A stretch of DNA of 64,000 bases, from the NCBI GenBank assembly GCA_020137815.1, contig CM035351.1:9548001-9612000 (forward strand). The letters are read 5' to 3'. Position 1 is the first letter of the stretch, and the number at the start of each line of letters is the position of its first letter. The translations under genes and the position numbers were made by a program. Source of the stretch: Hormiphora californensis. Lineage: Eukaryota > Animalia > Ctenophora. Positions 38,918 through 50,972 of this stretch are shown here, one piece after another. The notes beneath the pieces were generated by a model that saw only the letters and a program-made list of their open reading frames with translations, was not told the origin of the DNA and searched no databases.

Positions 38918-40045
38918 TTACAATTCATCCTTGGCATATATACTGCCCACTATACTGTCCCTCACGTGGTCTATATTCCTCTGCCACTCTGTATAGCTGA
39001 CCCTTGTATTGCCATCACTATCCAGCTTACTAAACACCTCGTCACTCTGTAGTCTGGTGTTGAGTCGTCTGTTCTCCATTAACCAGTACCCCAGCTCCCT
39101 AGTGCTCAGTACCCCGTCCCTGTCTGTATCATGTAGCCCCAATAAGTTGGTAGAGCCATGTACTTTCTCACCTGTCAAGAGAAAGGGGGTGTGATGAACA
39201 GAGGGTCGGTGTTGGTGGGGATATTTCAGGGGCCCTAACTAGTTATATATACCTTGTGAGAACTTAGCACAGTCCTCTATTGATACCCCATATCGTGTAC
39301 CGAGCAGCTCATACACAGACACTGTCCCGTCCCCATCCTCATCGTACCTATAGTAGTCACAGTTACACGACACACATTCCCTGGAAGCCTCTGTCAGAAA
39401 ATTGGCCTCATTTTTATTAAATAAGAACCCGCGAGAATTGTGGTTGGCCCTGTGCCCTGGGGTTGGCCTGACAGGGAAGCCTCTAACTACCTACGTTTCA
39501 ATAGTTTCCTGTACTAGAACACCCCTCATATGTTGGTATAGGTCAGGGTGTGCAAACGCCACAAACTCCTTGAATTCTATCACATCTCCCCCTGCTGCCT
39601 TCCACCTCCTGACACTGTTTCGAATACTAGACTCAACTATCCGATCCACAGTAGGAGCATCTGATGAGGCGGGTCTATTGTGGTAGATAGAGTGGCAAAT
39701 GGGTCCAAATGTACTACCAAATGTATGAGTCACATACTCATCCCATGATACTTTTTGGTCCCTGGTGGGAGAGAATTGGGTTTGTGGTGGGTCGACTTCA
39801 TAACCTGGTCCCAAGGCTCAAAAAGATTGGCCATCACACGCTCACTTGTTCTTGTCAAACATTGAAAATAGCTCCATTGCAGTTTTCCTGGCAAACTCAA
39901 TGTCATGGTATATGAACCACGCTCCCAGTTCAGAGTCTGTCAGAACTCGGTCATCATTTGAGTCGATATCATCAAACACTCGCCGTATCTTGGTGGATGT
40001 TTGGCAGTATATTGGCAATAGGAGAACAACCAAGAGAAGCAACAT
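38918..40045 (-). CDS. CREC-family (calumenin/reticulocalbin-like) ER EF-hand protein
   Basis: Signal peptide MLLLLVVLLLPIYCQ; multiple EF-hands (DSNDDRVLTDSEL, DQKVSWDEY, EFKEFVAFAHPD, DTDRDGVLSTREL, DSDGNTRVSYTEW); ends in KDEL*; internal junctions and frameshifts uncertain. Confidence 0.8.
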
Positions 40046-40444
40046 AGTGTGTGTAGTGATAGGGAGAGAGACACTGTGTGTGTGAGAGAGAGAGAGAGGT
40101 ACACAGTGGTCCATGAGGTACCCCGTGACGTATTATGTTTGAACGAGGGGCGCTTGTCAGAACACATGGACACAATTCTGAAGACCGCAAGTGAGGACAT
40201 GCGTGCAGCAAATGCTGAAATTCTGTGCTTCCATTACAACAAATGCGCGCGGTGCTCGCCCCTCAACGATGAATGTATGTTTCGTTTCCCTTCTCTCCGG
40301 GGTTCCCACCATTTAATTGCCAAGTCATCCAGCCAGTCCTCCGCAGAGCGCTCGCTGGTAAATAGTGACAAACACGATCAAATTTGTTATTGTAAAACTG
40401 TAAAAATATATGATAATGATTGATAATAATTGATAATTAATTAA

Positions 40445-41651
40445 TTTTATCACTGCGCTGGCAAGCGCAAAGGTGGCCCCATCCCCTCCCCCCTAAAACT
40501 TTTCCCGAAAAAGTGGGCCCGCTTGCCAACAGCGTAGATATAACAATTTTGAAGTTTTAGCCCATTTTGGCACTTTTCGACCCCTCCTAACTCCGGAACC
40601 AGATGAGCTAGGAGGCTGAAATTTGGTACTAAGAAGCTTCACATAGACCTCTACTGACGGTAAAAATTTCAAGTAGCTAACTCATTCAGGTCGCAAGTTA
40701 TGACACCACCCCCAAAACAGAAAATTCAGTGTGGCGATAGGTATATATATAGATATATATAATATATATAGATATATATATAGATATATATATATAGACG
40801 CTTCACTGTGTAACACTTGTAGCCCGAACCATGCTAGCTAGAGACTTGAACCGAGTTTTATCCGTTAGCAAATCGTTCGGGGCATGCATTAGTTAAGGTT
40901 TCGAGTGAAAATGTCCACTATGACGGGCGTAATGACGTCACAAAGTGACGTCATTGAAAAATCTCAAACCAAATATTTTAAAACGCCTCTAGCACCCTCA
41001 AGACATTTTCCAATTCCTGATTTGACTTAAAATCGTTAGTGGCAAATTGTCTGAACTTTCAGATACTATATTGAAAATTTTTCTAACTTGTCATTTTCAG
41101 ACCTTAAAACGCGTCGGAACTCAAAAATTTGATGTTAAAATCCACATAAAAACTCACATTTCGTGCAATAACTTCAGTTCTTGACTACCATGGCCTTTAA
41201 AACTTTACACACGTTTAGTGCTTCATTGGCCAAATAGTCTGTCATAATTTTTTTACGTCGACGTGACGTCACATGTGACGTCACGACGTCAAAACGACGT
41301 CGAATTTTGAAAATTTCGTCAAATCAGTTTCCTACAACCCAGGATACATTTGAATTACATTTGAACACTTTAGTTGACAATTAGCTTAGTTGTTTGAGGT
41401 CATAAATGACCTCAAACGACCAAAAAAGAATACAAATTTAGAGCAAAAACTAATTGAAATTAGTTCGCCAGAAAGGTGGCCCATTTTGAACTTAATCCTT
41501 CATTTCCGTCACCTTTGAGTTGAGGCTTCAAAGACATTGAGGCATCCGTAAACTTTTCCGCCTTCAACTCAAAGGTGACGGAAATGAAGGATTAAGTTCA
41601 AAATGGGCCACCTTTCTGGCGAACTAATTTCAATTAGTTTTTGCTCTAAAT
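40445..41651. mobile_element. Putative non-autonomous element (Helentron/HINE-like or MITE) with terminal hairpins and an (AT)n tract
   Basis: Starts in a T-run; local inverted repeat tggcaagcg/cgcttgcca; AAAGGTGGCCC at ~40469 and ~41472 with its inverse at ~41605; AT microsatellite 40742-40796; 88-bp-arm hairpin 41436-41651. Confidence 0.45.
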
Positions 41652-41771
41652 AAATGTTAAAATCATTATAAATTTGTAAAAAAGCAACCTGTGATTAAAA
41701 GCTGATTAGTGAAGGGAGGTCGGCTAATATCGGCCTTAAAGTTAGATTAACTGATTAAAAATAGTCCATTT

Positions 41772-43145
41772 TTAAGAAGAATGTTTCTCTAAAAACTGTT
41801 TCACGGCCTCAAGCCTAATGTGTTTGCCAATTCGCATCTCTGACAAAACTCTAACACACGACTTAGCATCTTTCACCGTTATCTCCTTCAACCTCTTATC
41901 GACCCTTCCTTCTAGTAGATGTTTAACTCTTAGATGTTTAACTCTTAAAAAAGATAAATACAATAATTTAAAAGCATAAGCATGAGATAACTCTCCAAAC
42001 CACACTCTCGCTGGCTGTAAAGTTGCCTCTAAACAACTAATTGCTAACGACAAATCTCCTTCATTTTCTGCTGCACTGGCTAGCAAGGACATTAACAGTA
42101 TTAGGTAACCATTGTCAACGTGGTAAATGTTCTTAATGGCAGTGACTACATCATATAACTCTTTATCTCTCAATCGACTCAATCGAGTGAGGGACATAGC
42201 GTCTTCAAAATAGGCAGATATGGGGGCAAGTAATTCATCTCTATTTATGGGTTGACCACACTCTTCACACTCTGTAAAACACATATAAACATAATCATTG
42301 CAGTTGGGGTTGGGACAGTTATAAGATGCTGTCAAGTTGATTCCAAATTTACACATCCGACAGTCACAGGTGAAGTGAAATGATTGAAGAAGAAACTTCT
42401 TTCGGTCAGGTGTATTTGGCCAGTATATTGGGTTGGGCCCATAATTGTGGAACACCTCCTCCCCTTTCCCAATGCTCTTAATGGCCACCATAGTCAACCG
42501 AGTCCCTTCATAATAAATCTTTGTGTTAGGTAAACAGGAGTGGTTGAACATCGTTAAGAAAGCGTACATTCCCCTGCCGATATGAGTCTCTTCCTCGGAC
42601 ACCTCAACCAAATCCTCAGTATTGCAGGGCAGGGTAGAGGCGACATGTTGGACTACATGTTCAATCTGAGATAGTTTATATCGAGTGTTTTTACCTTCCT
42701 GCTTGTCTGCTACAGCAAGTACAATCTTCTGGATATCGTCCTCTGAGATGGACTTCTGGGCAACAGGAGGCACGTTTAAAGCTGCCACAGCGTCAAATCC
42801 CCGCAGAAAGTTCTGGTCGTCCTCATCCCTATAAGGATCCCTCTGCCTCTCTTTAAACCCCTCTATAGTATACTCCAGGTCCTCCAGACAATACATCACT
42901 GTTTTGTAGCACAGGTTAGCCAGGTAGTTTTCCGATATCATCTCAGGTGCAGGACAGGATCCGCAGGTCCAGTTTCCCTCACCAGGTTCTAAACAGGTAT
43001 TGCAGTGGGCTGGAGTTTTGCTGACTACAGATACAGGGTACTCGGCGATGAGATGAGAACCGGCCATAATATTGCCCACAGATACAACATGTCTTCCTTT
43101 CTCTGGAGTGTATACAACACGCAGACAGGGTAGTATAAATCCCAT
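41772..43145 (-). CDS. SMYD-family SET-domain lysine methyltransferase (truncated MYND), single exon
   Basis: PEKGRHVVS; GRGMYAFLTMFNHSCLPN; IGKGEEVFHNYG; post-SET FTCDCRMC; TPR-like C-terminus. Confidence 0.88.
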   Translation of the reverse strand: MGFILPCLRVVYTPEKGRHVVSVGNIMAGSHLIAEYPVSVVSKTPAHCNTCLEPGEGNWTCGSCPAPEMISENYLANLCYKTVMYCLEDLEYTIEGFKERQRDPYRDEDDQNFLRGFDAVAALNVPPVAQKSISEDDIQKIVLAVADKQEGKNTRYKLSQIEHVVQHVASTLPCNTEDLVEVSEEETHIGRGMYAFLTMFNHSCLPNTKIYYEGTRLTMVAIKSIGKGEEVFHNYGPNPIYWPNTPDRKKFLLQSFHFTCDCRMCKFGINLTASYNCPNPNCNDYVYMCFTECEECGQPINRDELLAPISAYFEDAMSLTRLSRLRDKELYDVVTAIKNIYHVDNGYLILLMSLLASAAENEGDLSLAISCLEATLQPARVWFGELSHAYAFKLLYLSFLRVKHLRVKHLLEGRVDKRLKEITVKDAKSCVRVLSEMRIGKHIRLEAVKQFLEKHSS

Positions 43146-43932
43146 AGCCTAAACAGAGGAAATGGGTTAGTGGGAGGGAGAGGGTTTATGGGAGCAAGAG
43201 GGAGGGATGGAGATTGGAGAGAGAGGAAGGGCAGACGTAAACACCCGAGCTCTCCATTCAAATTATAATAAGGCAATTGAAATTGCACCATAATTAGACA
43301 AGGGATTGTGCGAGATATTTATTGAGTTTCATCCGGAAAACCTGAAAATCAGCTGCGACCCGACGGTAAACTATCAATAATAACGCTACATCAGCTTTGT
43401 TCAATCAGTGCAGCATGTCTTGGGGGCAATCAAGATAGGAAAAACTAAAGCACTCAAAAGTTATAAGTCTAGAAAATGCCCCTAGTGGACATTTACAACT
43501 TTAAAAAGAAATTCTTTTCATTTTTACCCGCTAGTAAGGTGTGACATTATTTATAGTCGAGCTGTAGTGTGTAGTATCATGAGTTGGATACACTTCCTTA
43601 AACTTCACCCAATTAACGCACTAATTGAGTGGTCTCATATATATTCGAAACCAGGTCTGATTACCCGGAAATCCTATCTCGTCTCTGAGACTAGATATTC
43701 CGGGTCAGGTAATACACAATCCCTGACTAATTATGGCCCAATTAACTTCTCTATAAAGATGCAGAGAGCTCGGGGTTTTCACAGTTGTTACCTCCTGCAC
43801 ATTCCTCCCATAATATATTCAAATGAATTAAATTCCAGCAACGTATACCTAGAGTCGCCTGATACTGTCTGACCAATGAGAATGAACAATGAGAATGAAC
43901 AATTAAAAATATCCTTTAAAAAAATTCAAAAG

Positions 43933-45195
43933 TTAGTTAGATTCCAAAAATGCGTTCACTGCCTCAAGATCCTTATGTCTAGTTATTTGCAATTCTGAAA
44001 ACAACTGGACGCACAATTTCCCATCGTTCACTATTGCTTCTCTCAAATTCTCATCAAGTTTTCCATTACTTTCTAGCCGTTTAATACGCAGGACAGTCAA
44101 TCTTAACAATTTAATAGCAGTAGTGTATGATAACTGTCCACACCAGTGTTTCAAGATCTGTACAGCCCGCTCCATACACTCAATAGCTAAATCTAACTGT
44201 CCATCCCTCTCAGCTGCATTAGAGCACCGGTTCATAATGAACCCTAATTCTACATTGTCTGGGTGGTAAACATATCCCGCCATGGATACTGCATCTCTTA
44301 ATCGTCTCCCACCTAATATGGGCAGGTGGGGGGAATGTAGAATGTCAAGACGTGCACACATCCCTCTCATATCTACAGGGACATCACAGTTTCTACAGTG
44401 TCCGGTGTTTGGGTCGAATGGGCCACTGCATGAGGGACATTTAAATGATATTGTTAAATCAGTTTCACTGCTACACACACTGCACTGACAGGCGAAGTCG
44501 TATTGTCGAGATAATGCCGCCCTCCTCTCCTCAGTAGACAATAGGATTGGGTCAGGTCCATAGTTGTGGAACACCTCCTGACCAGTGTAGATGGTATCTG
44601 TGGTAACCATGGTAACCTCCCCATCTCCCTTGAAGTAGACTCTTGTGTTGGGTTTACAGGAGTGGTTGAATAGTGCTAGAGAGGTATAGATGCCACTACC
44701 AATACGACCCTCCTTTAACTCACCATCCCCATCCACCCCCATCTCTGTAATCCCCTGTACATTACAACATAGCACTGAGAACACATGCCTCACAATGTGC
44801 TCCACCTCCTCACTACCAATATCATGTTTAACAGACTCAACAACAACCCTAACATCCTCCTTCTGTACCTCAATATCACGAGGGTACAGAGACGCTATAC
44901 CCTTAAACCCACCAACAAATCCTTTTGAGCATGGAATCCTCTGACACTCTTTGAATCGTTCAAACGAATACTCTGGATCTGCTAGTACACGGAGAACTGT
45001 CCTGTAACACAAGTTAACAAGAGACTTCCCAGAAATAGGTAGAGAGGGAGAGGGGGGTCGTAGAGCGGGGGACTTGCTGATACCTGAGTAGGGGGCCTCT
45101 GATAGGATGGGGGTGTTGGGTGGTATTTTTGAGAGGGCTACAACATGCCGCCCCTTCTGAACTGTATATCTGACATCCAGTGAGGGCGATATCAT
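43933..45195 (-). CDS. SMYD-family SET-domain lysine methyltransferase (MYND absent), single exon; paralogue of the neighbour
   Basis: QKGRHVVA; GSGIYTSLALFNHSCKPN; GQEVFHNYG; FACQCSVC; start placed at ATG 45195 after a CAG acceptor (ORF track start 45207). Confidence 0.88.
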   Translation of the reverse strand: MISPSLDVRYTVQKGRHVVALSKIPPNTPILSEAPYSGISKSPALRPPSPSLPISGKSLVNLCYRTVLRVLADPEYSFERFKECQRIPCSKGFVGGFKGIASLYPRDIEVQKEDVRVVVESVKHDIGSEEVEHIVRHVFSVLCCNVQGITEMGVDGDGELKEGRIGSGIYTSLALFNHSCKPNTRVYFKGDGEVTMVTTDTIYTGQEVFHNYGPDPILLSTEERRAALSRQYDFACQCSVCSSETDLTISFKCPSCSGPFDPNTGHCRNCDVPVDMRGMCARLDILHSPHLPILGGRRLRDAVSMAGYVYHPDNVELGFIMNRCSNAAERDGQLDLAIECMERAVQILKHWCGQLSYTTAIKLLRLTVLRIKRLESNGKLDENLREAIVNDGKLCVQLFSELQITRHKDLEAVNAFLESN

Positions 45196-45640
45196 ACCTG
45201 GGAACATAATGATTAGAATAGTGGGTGGGTGTGGGTGGACAAGGAATATAGATCAATTAAAAAGTAATTGGTAGACGAATTTCATTAAATTAATAATGTC
45301 CAGATATTTACAAATAATAATAATAATACTCAAACTTATATCCTGCCCATATTCTACAGGGACAGCAGAGCTTTACAGATGCTGCCACTGAAAGAAACTC
45401 AGAGCAGTTAACTAACACTTGACCCAATTTAATAGACTACTAAAAAACGGTGGAAAATCCAAATTATCCGGCTCACATATGTGGGAAAACAGATTAGGCT
45501 CATAACAGACATAATTAGAAAAAAAAACTCGAAAAAGGCCACAGGTTAATTGTCACCACTGTCACTTGATTTTGTCTCCCAAACTTCTCAAATAATAGTA
45601 TCTCTTACTGAGTCAATGTCTCTTTGTAGTTTCACACAGT

Positions 45641-46126
45641 TCAATACGCATCCTCTGCTCTTCCAAACTTGAATATAATGGTGGCCAGGAAGATACACAG
45701 GTTCTGGATAAAGAACCCAGTACCGGGGTAGGAGGGTTGCTTCTTCTTATAAACATAGTCACCAAACAGTATGAAACTAGCACCAATCAGACTAGCAAAA
45801 ACACAGAGAAACCCAAACACCATCCATATCCGTGTACCTGCAGTTCCTAGTGCACCTGGTACATAGGCATCACCTCTCAGTTGGGAGTTAGATACAGCAT
45901 TAACCATGAAGAGGCCGATAGTACCAAACACACCGCAGGACCAGTATGCTGGATTATAGTTGTGGGAGTCAATAGCACCAACATCAATAGCTATCCACCA
46001 GCCAATAGCAAAGAGACATCCTGCTACTATTGATGATATGACATTCCTGTTTTCTGATAGCCATTCTGTGTCAACACATCTTCCCAGTATTCCCTCGCAG
46101 TTGGTATTGTCTAAACACCCGCTCAT
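45641..46126 (-). CDS. TMEM50: TMEM50 (Vps68-like) membrane protein, single exon
   Basis: MSGCLDN...RNVISSIVAGCLFAIGWWIAID...GLFMVNAVSNSQLRGD...QNLCIFLATIIFKFGRAED. Confidence 0.92.
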   Translation of the reverse strand: MSGCLDNTNCEGILGRCVDTEWLSENRNVISSIVAGCLFAIGWWIAIDVGAIDSHNYNPAYWSCGVFGTIGLFMVNAVSNSQLRGDAYVPGALGTAGTRIWMVFGFLCVFASLIGASFILFGDYVYKKKQPSYPGTGFFIQNLCIFLATIIFKFGRAEDAY

Positions 46127-46344
46127 CGCCTAGATAACGGGGGAGAGTGAGGGGGTATTATAATGAGAGGGGGATAATGGCATGGATAATTAGGGAGTTA
46201 CATGTTTAGGGGGATTGGAGCGATAGTTAGGGGAGGGGGGCAAGGTTGAATAAAACGATAAAACTTTTCAAATTGGTAAAAGTTAACAACTGGTGTGTTT
46301 TACAAAGAAAAATATCATTACAAAAACAGAAAAATAAATATGCT

Positions 46345-47716
46345 TCAAAATATCTTCAGCTTCTTTTTATCTGAACGGAATTTTAGCTCATTTTCAACTG
46401 TCCTCTGTTTTCCCAAGAGTTTCTCGAGACTCTCCTTCTCTTCTCTCAACTTCACTCTCAAATGACTACAATAAGCCTCGTCTGTCCTTCTTCTCCCTAG
46501 AGCCAAGTTGAGATTCTTTATACGCTGTTTGCACTTGGAAATGTCCTGATCCAAACTCACACTCTTTACTCTCACACTCTTATCACACACCTTTCTAATA
46601 GGTTTCTTGTTCTTCCCCTTCTCCCTATCACCACCCTTATCCCTGTTCCTAGTGATAGCATCCAGTGTTGTAAACATAGAGGCTGCCTTCTGAATCTTAG
46701 CATTTGCAGTCTCTGTTTTCTCCTTCATTTTCCTCTCCAAGATAGCATTCAGTTTGTACACTGTTCTGATTAGTTTCCGCTCCCTAAGCTCCCTGACTCT
46801 ATCCAGGGAGGCCCCAATGGGTATGATATCAATCTCTACAGGGTCTATCTTGCCCGTCCCGTGTCTTCCTAGACCCTCCCCAAACCTGTACCCCATTTTC
46901 ACCATCATGCGAGACCCAAATGAGTTGGTGTGTTCCTCCCAACCTCCGAAGTTTAGCTTCTGTTCAGGTGCAGGTATGGGTACAAATGTAGCTCCTACAT
47001 CATCCCCATCATCACTGTTGATCTCCTGAGTACCGGTCAGCGGGTAAACCTCATCATAACCCAGATCCATCTCCCTCCCCGATCCATCCAACTTGGCAGT
47101 TATATTACCCCCTCCAACCCCTGTAACTGTCCCAGGACTCCACAACCCAATCTCTGAGTTCTTACACAGGCACCTCCTGCCCGCCACGAACCCGTCAAAG
47201 TTGGGTTCCCGATAATCTCTCAGTTCTGAGATAGTAGTCTTGTGTCCATGGGAGTATCTGCAGGGATCATAGGTGCAGGTGGAGTTGAGGAACTGGTTAC
47301 AAGGCACCATATCCTGTGAGGTAGGGGTCAGGAAAAGAAGGGTCACCTCTGCAGCACTGTCAGGATCATCAGGCATGTCGACAGAGAGGACAACACAGTT
47401 GTGCTGTTCTAGAGATCCCCAACTGGACTGATACATTATGGAACATTTCATTCCAATAAACGATTCCAAACCTTCCTCCTCTGTATCTTCTTCAACTATC
47501 TTCCTCCTCCTGCTGCTGTGTACTGTCATTCAGCTTTCTTAGCAGTTCATTCTTTTTCAGATTCATCAGTTCATTTTCTGTTAGTGATATGATCTCCTTA
47601 AGGTCTGTCTCTAGAGACTTGAGGTCGGAATTAGAGGGGTCTGCAGAGATAGCATCTTGTACTTGAGATAGCTGAGTGAGGTAAGTGGATAGAGTCACCT
47701 CCACCTCTTCAGACAT
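46345..47716 (-). CDS. ZGPAT: Zinc finger CCCH and G-patch domain protein (frameshift near 47510 joins two ORFs)
   Basis: LSTYLTQLSQVQDAI...DLKEIISLT N-terminus; MVPCNQFLNSTCTYDPCRYSHG CCCH; Tudor-like region; WEEHTNSFGSRMMVKMGYRFGEGLG G-patch; ends KKLKIF. Confidence 0.9.
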
Positions 47717-47877
47717 ACCTGATATGAGAGAGAGGGAGAGTTAGGTGATAATTGGGGAGGGGCTTGGGAAGCTAAGGGAAGGGCTGCAGTAAAAGACAGT
47801 TGTTTTTTCTGAAAGGAAAATAAAACGTTAAGAAAGTTCAATAATTTAGATAAAAAGTCCCTTGTCAGTCCCTGTCT

Positions 47878-50800
47878 CTATTCTGAATAAGCGGATATCA
47901 CTTTCTTGGCCAGGCTTGATAGGTCGTTATATTTGGCGGCTAAGGTCAGATGACAGTACCTCCTCCAGAGCAGTGTTGGTGGACCCAGGGAGGGAGGGAG
48001 GGGTAACTTCCACCTTGGTAGATACCACGTGGAGCCTCTGACTCAGCTTGATGCACTCTCGGACATGGTGGGGACTGGGGTTATCAGCAGCAAGAAGGGT
48101 TGAGAGAAGGGAACCAACTGTAGTGAGAATCTTCTCTGAGTTAGATAGCACCTTAGGCGTCTGCGAAAGATAGGATCCTCTGTAGTAGTGATATAGCCTG
48201 CATCTTGGCAAAGAGTGTGATGTCAGAAGAGAGGTGTGACGTCACGTGTGACGTCACATCACCCCTCACATCTGGGAACCTCTCGATGACCTGGAAAATA
48301 ACGTTCTTGTCCGATTTAGTGTTCTTGTTACTCAACAGATCCTGCAGAATCACCTGAAACACACCGAACACATCATCTGATTTTGTAGGTATCTTCCCTG
48401 TGTTGGATTTCCTTTTCTTCTTCTTAGGCTCTGGGTTGCTGAGATGTTTCTTACAGAGAAGGAAGAGAGTCTGAGTTGCCAGCTGCTGGATCTTTTTACT
48501 AGGACACTTCAACACAACCTTCTGCAGTTCCGGGATGACAGACTTCTTGGCCTCTGAGAAATCAACTGTCAGCTTCTCACTCTTGATAGCAAAGAGACCT
48601 TTGAAAATAGCCAGTATCCGGTCGTGAATAGGGCCCTCTGAGAGGGAGGGTTTCCCGGCGAGCCGCAATAGTGTAGGAACTACTGTCATGGTAGATGGTG
48701 TAAAGCCAACATCCTCTAATAAGATCTCAACAAAGTCTAGAATCTTCACTTGGAACTGGACCATCTTCACCTTCTTTACAGCCTTCTCTTTCTTAAACGC
48801 CTTCTCGTCCTTTCTAAACTGGATAAGAGTAGAGAGAGCTGGACCAAGTCGTTCATCCTCTTTCTTCAATTCCTCTTCATCTGCATCCCCTATTTCAATA
48901 TCTTCAGATTCACCATCATCAATCGGATCGACAACCATCTCCTCTTCATCATCCAGATCTTCTTCACTGTCCTCTTCTTCATCTTCTTCATCTTCATCAT
49001 CTTCACTATCTTCACTATCTTCATCATCCTCGTCTTCAGAAGCGATATCGTTTTCACTCTCTTCCCCCTCCTCTTCCTCTTCATCATCTTCCTCCTCTTC
49101 CTCTTCTTCCTCAGTTCCAGCACTGCTGAGAGCATCCATTATCAGTTGAATAGTTTCAGCGTCCAGCCCCTTACAGATAACTCTAAAGAGGGAGCTTGCA
49201 ATCTTTCTGAGTAGGGCTGATTCATAGGATAGAATACTGATGAGGAGGTCTACAAAGACACCCCTCCAGTTCTCATCACTCTTGGTTTTCTGTTTCTCGT
49301 AACACTGATGTACATCATTGAGGATAGCATTAGCGTGACTCTGCTCTTCAAATAGTAACATGCCTGTGTGCAGGAAGAGCAGTTCAAATGCCCAGTCCTC
49401 CTCAGTCCTCTGCTCCAGTGCCTTTCCCTCCACCTCGTCTATCACAGACCAGAGAACTCTCCATTCATTCTCCTGAGTGATATCCACCAGCAGAGAGAGG
49501 CTGTCTGAAGTGACGAGGGAGATGGAACTACTGAGAAGATGGTAGACCCAATACCTCCCATCCTCAGCCAATCCAACACGAGGACTAGAAGGGACATTTG
49601 ACAGAATCTTCAGACAAGTGTTGAACTTTGAGCGACACAGTTCTAAAGATTCCTTGGAAAGGGCAGGCTCTGGCACACTGACAAGAGGGAAGTCTGGCAG
49701 CGTCGATTTCACCTCGAAGAAGGACAGGACAAAGAGGAACTTGGTGACCTCGAACACGACCTTAGCTTGTGCTTGTCGAAGTACCTGTACCATCCATGTC
49801 AAACAGTCGCTTCGCAACTCTGCTGCTACTTTGTCTTCCTCCCCGGGCTGGCAGAGAATCTCCTGAAGTGGAGCACAGAACTTCTCACACTCCTCCGAGG
49901 GAACTGATGAAAATGCAGCAGTGAGAATCTGGTTGAAACAGGAGGCACGTCGTGGTTTCAGAGCCAGTATACCTTTCACCAGTGATAATTTGTTTTCTGT
50001 TGAGGTAAAACTGCAAACTCGCATTTTGATTTCGCTGGTGAGGAACCTGACACTCTCTGGTGACTGAGTGTGGGATTTCCCTAAAACTTCTGCCATGTGT
50101 TTTACCACGAATCCCTCAACCTTTTCTTCCCCTGTAGTCTTCACCAGATGAGACACGGTGAACATTACAGTGTTCTTGTTGTCTCCAGAGGGGACTACGT
50201 TAAAGAACACTTTAGCAGCTTTTTTCAAACTAAAATGTTTAGACTTCTGTAACGCACCCAGAATTGTATCGAGCTGGGGTCGAATTCTTTCTTCGCATAC
50301 CAACTTCTGCAGAACTCCATTGATTTTCTCGTAGTTTTGAGGGTGATGAAGGTGGGAGAAGTTCCAGTGCTTTTTAACCAACTTGCTGACTAGAGCTGTA
50401 TCCCTTAAATCGAAATAGGAGATGAGAGCAAGACGTTCTGTAGTACATCCAGGCCAGCCAAGTTTTAACTCCTCACTAAACAAGGGGAGAACTTTACTAA
50501 GATCTTCCACTGCATCCAGTACTTCAATAAGGACTTTGTACACAGTGTCTTTAATGGTGAGTTTTTGTTTCAGCAGGATTGATAACATCTCTGATATGAC
50601 TTGAGATTGCAGTTCGGAGCTAACTAGCCGGCCAGATTTTAGTAGCGCAGCTGTACAGAAGACATAGCCCGCATAAAGATCTCTCACTTCTTTATGTGAA
50701 ACATGTCCGCTGGGCAGGCAGTTCTCTCTGCAGTACTGCATAACATCTTCTGTTTTTAATGATTCGTGTTCACGGAGAAGGGATGTGAGGGCAACAGCAA

Positions 50801-50972
50801 AACCGCTTCTTGCTTGCTTTCTGTTGGAGGGAAGGCCTTTAACAAGCCGTTTCCAGGTGTAATCGAGTTGTTTGTCTTCTAGAGATCTGCCCATCAAGGT
50901 CTCGACACCAGCAACACAGCTATCTCGTCCCTCTGCGAGGTCAAAGAATACCTGCATCAAATCTCCTGACAT
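47878..50972 (-). CDS. MYBBP1A: Myb-binding protein 1A / Pol5-like nucleolar protein, apparently intronless; 3' end frameshifted
   Basis: FFDLAE...YTWKRLVKGLPSNRKQARSGFAVALTSLL; W..VFVDLLISILS; long acidic tract; FQVKILDFVEI; a frame change near 48160 (and ~47940) extends the reading to a TAG at ~47878. Confidence 0.85.

Noticed and set aside
48688-49214. Antisense Ser/Phe-rich ORFs (similar ones at 2187-2492 and 17801-18930)
   Set aside because: Shadows of acidic or RS-rich coding tracts on the opposite strand
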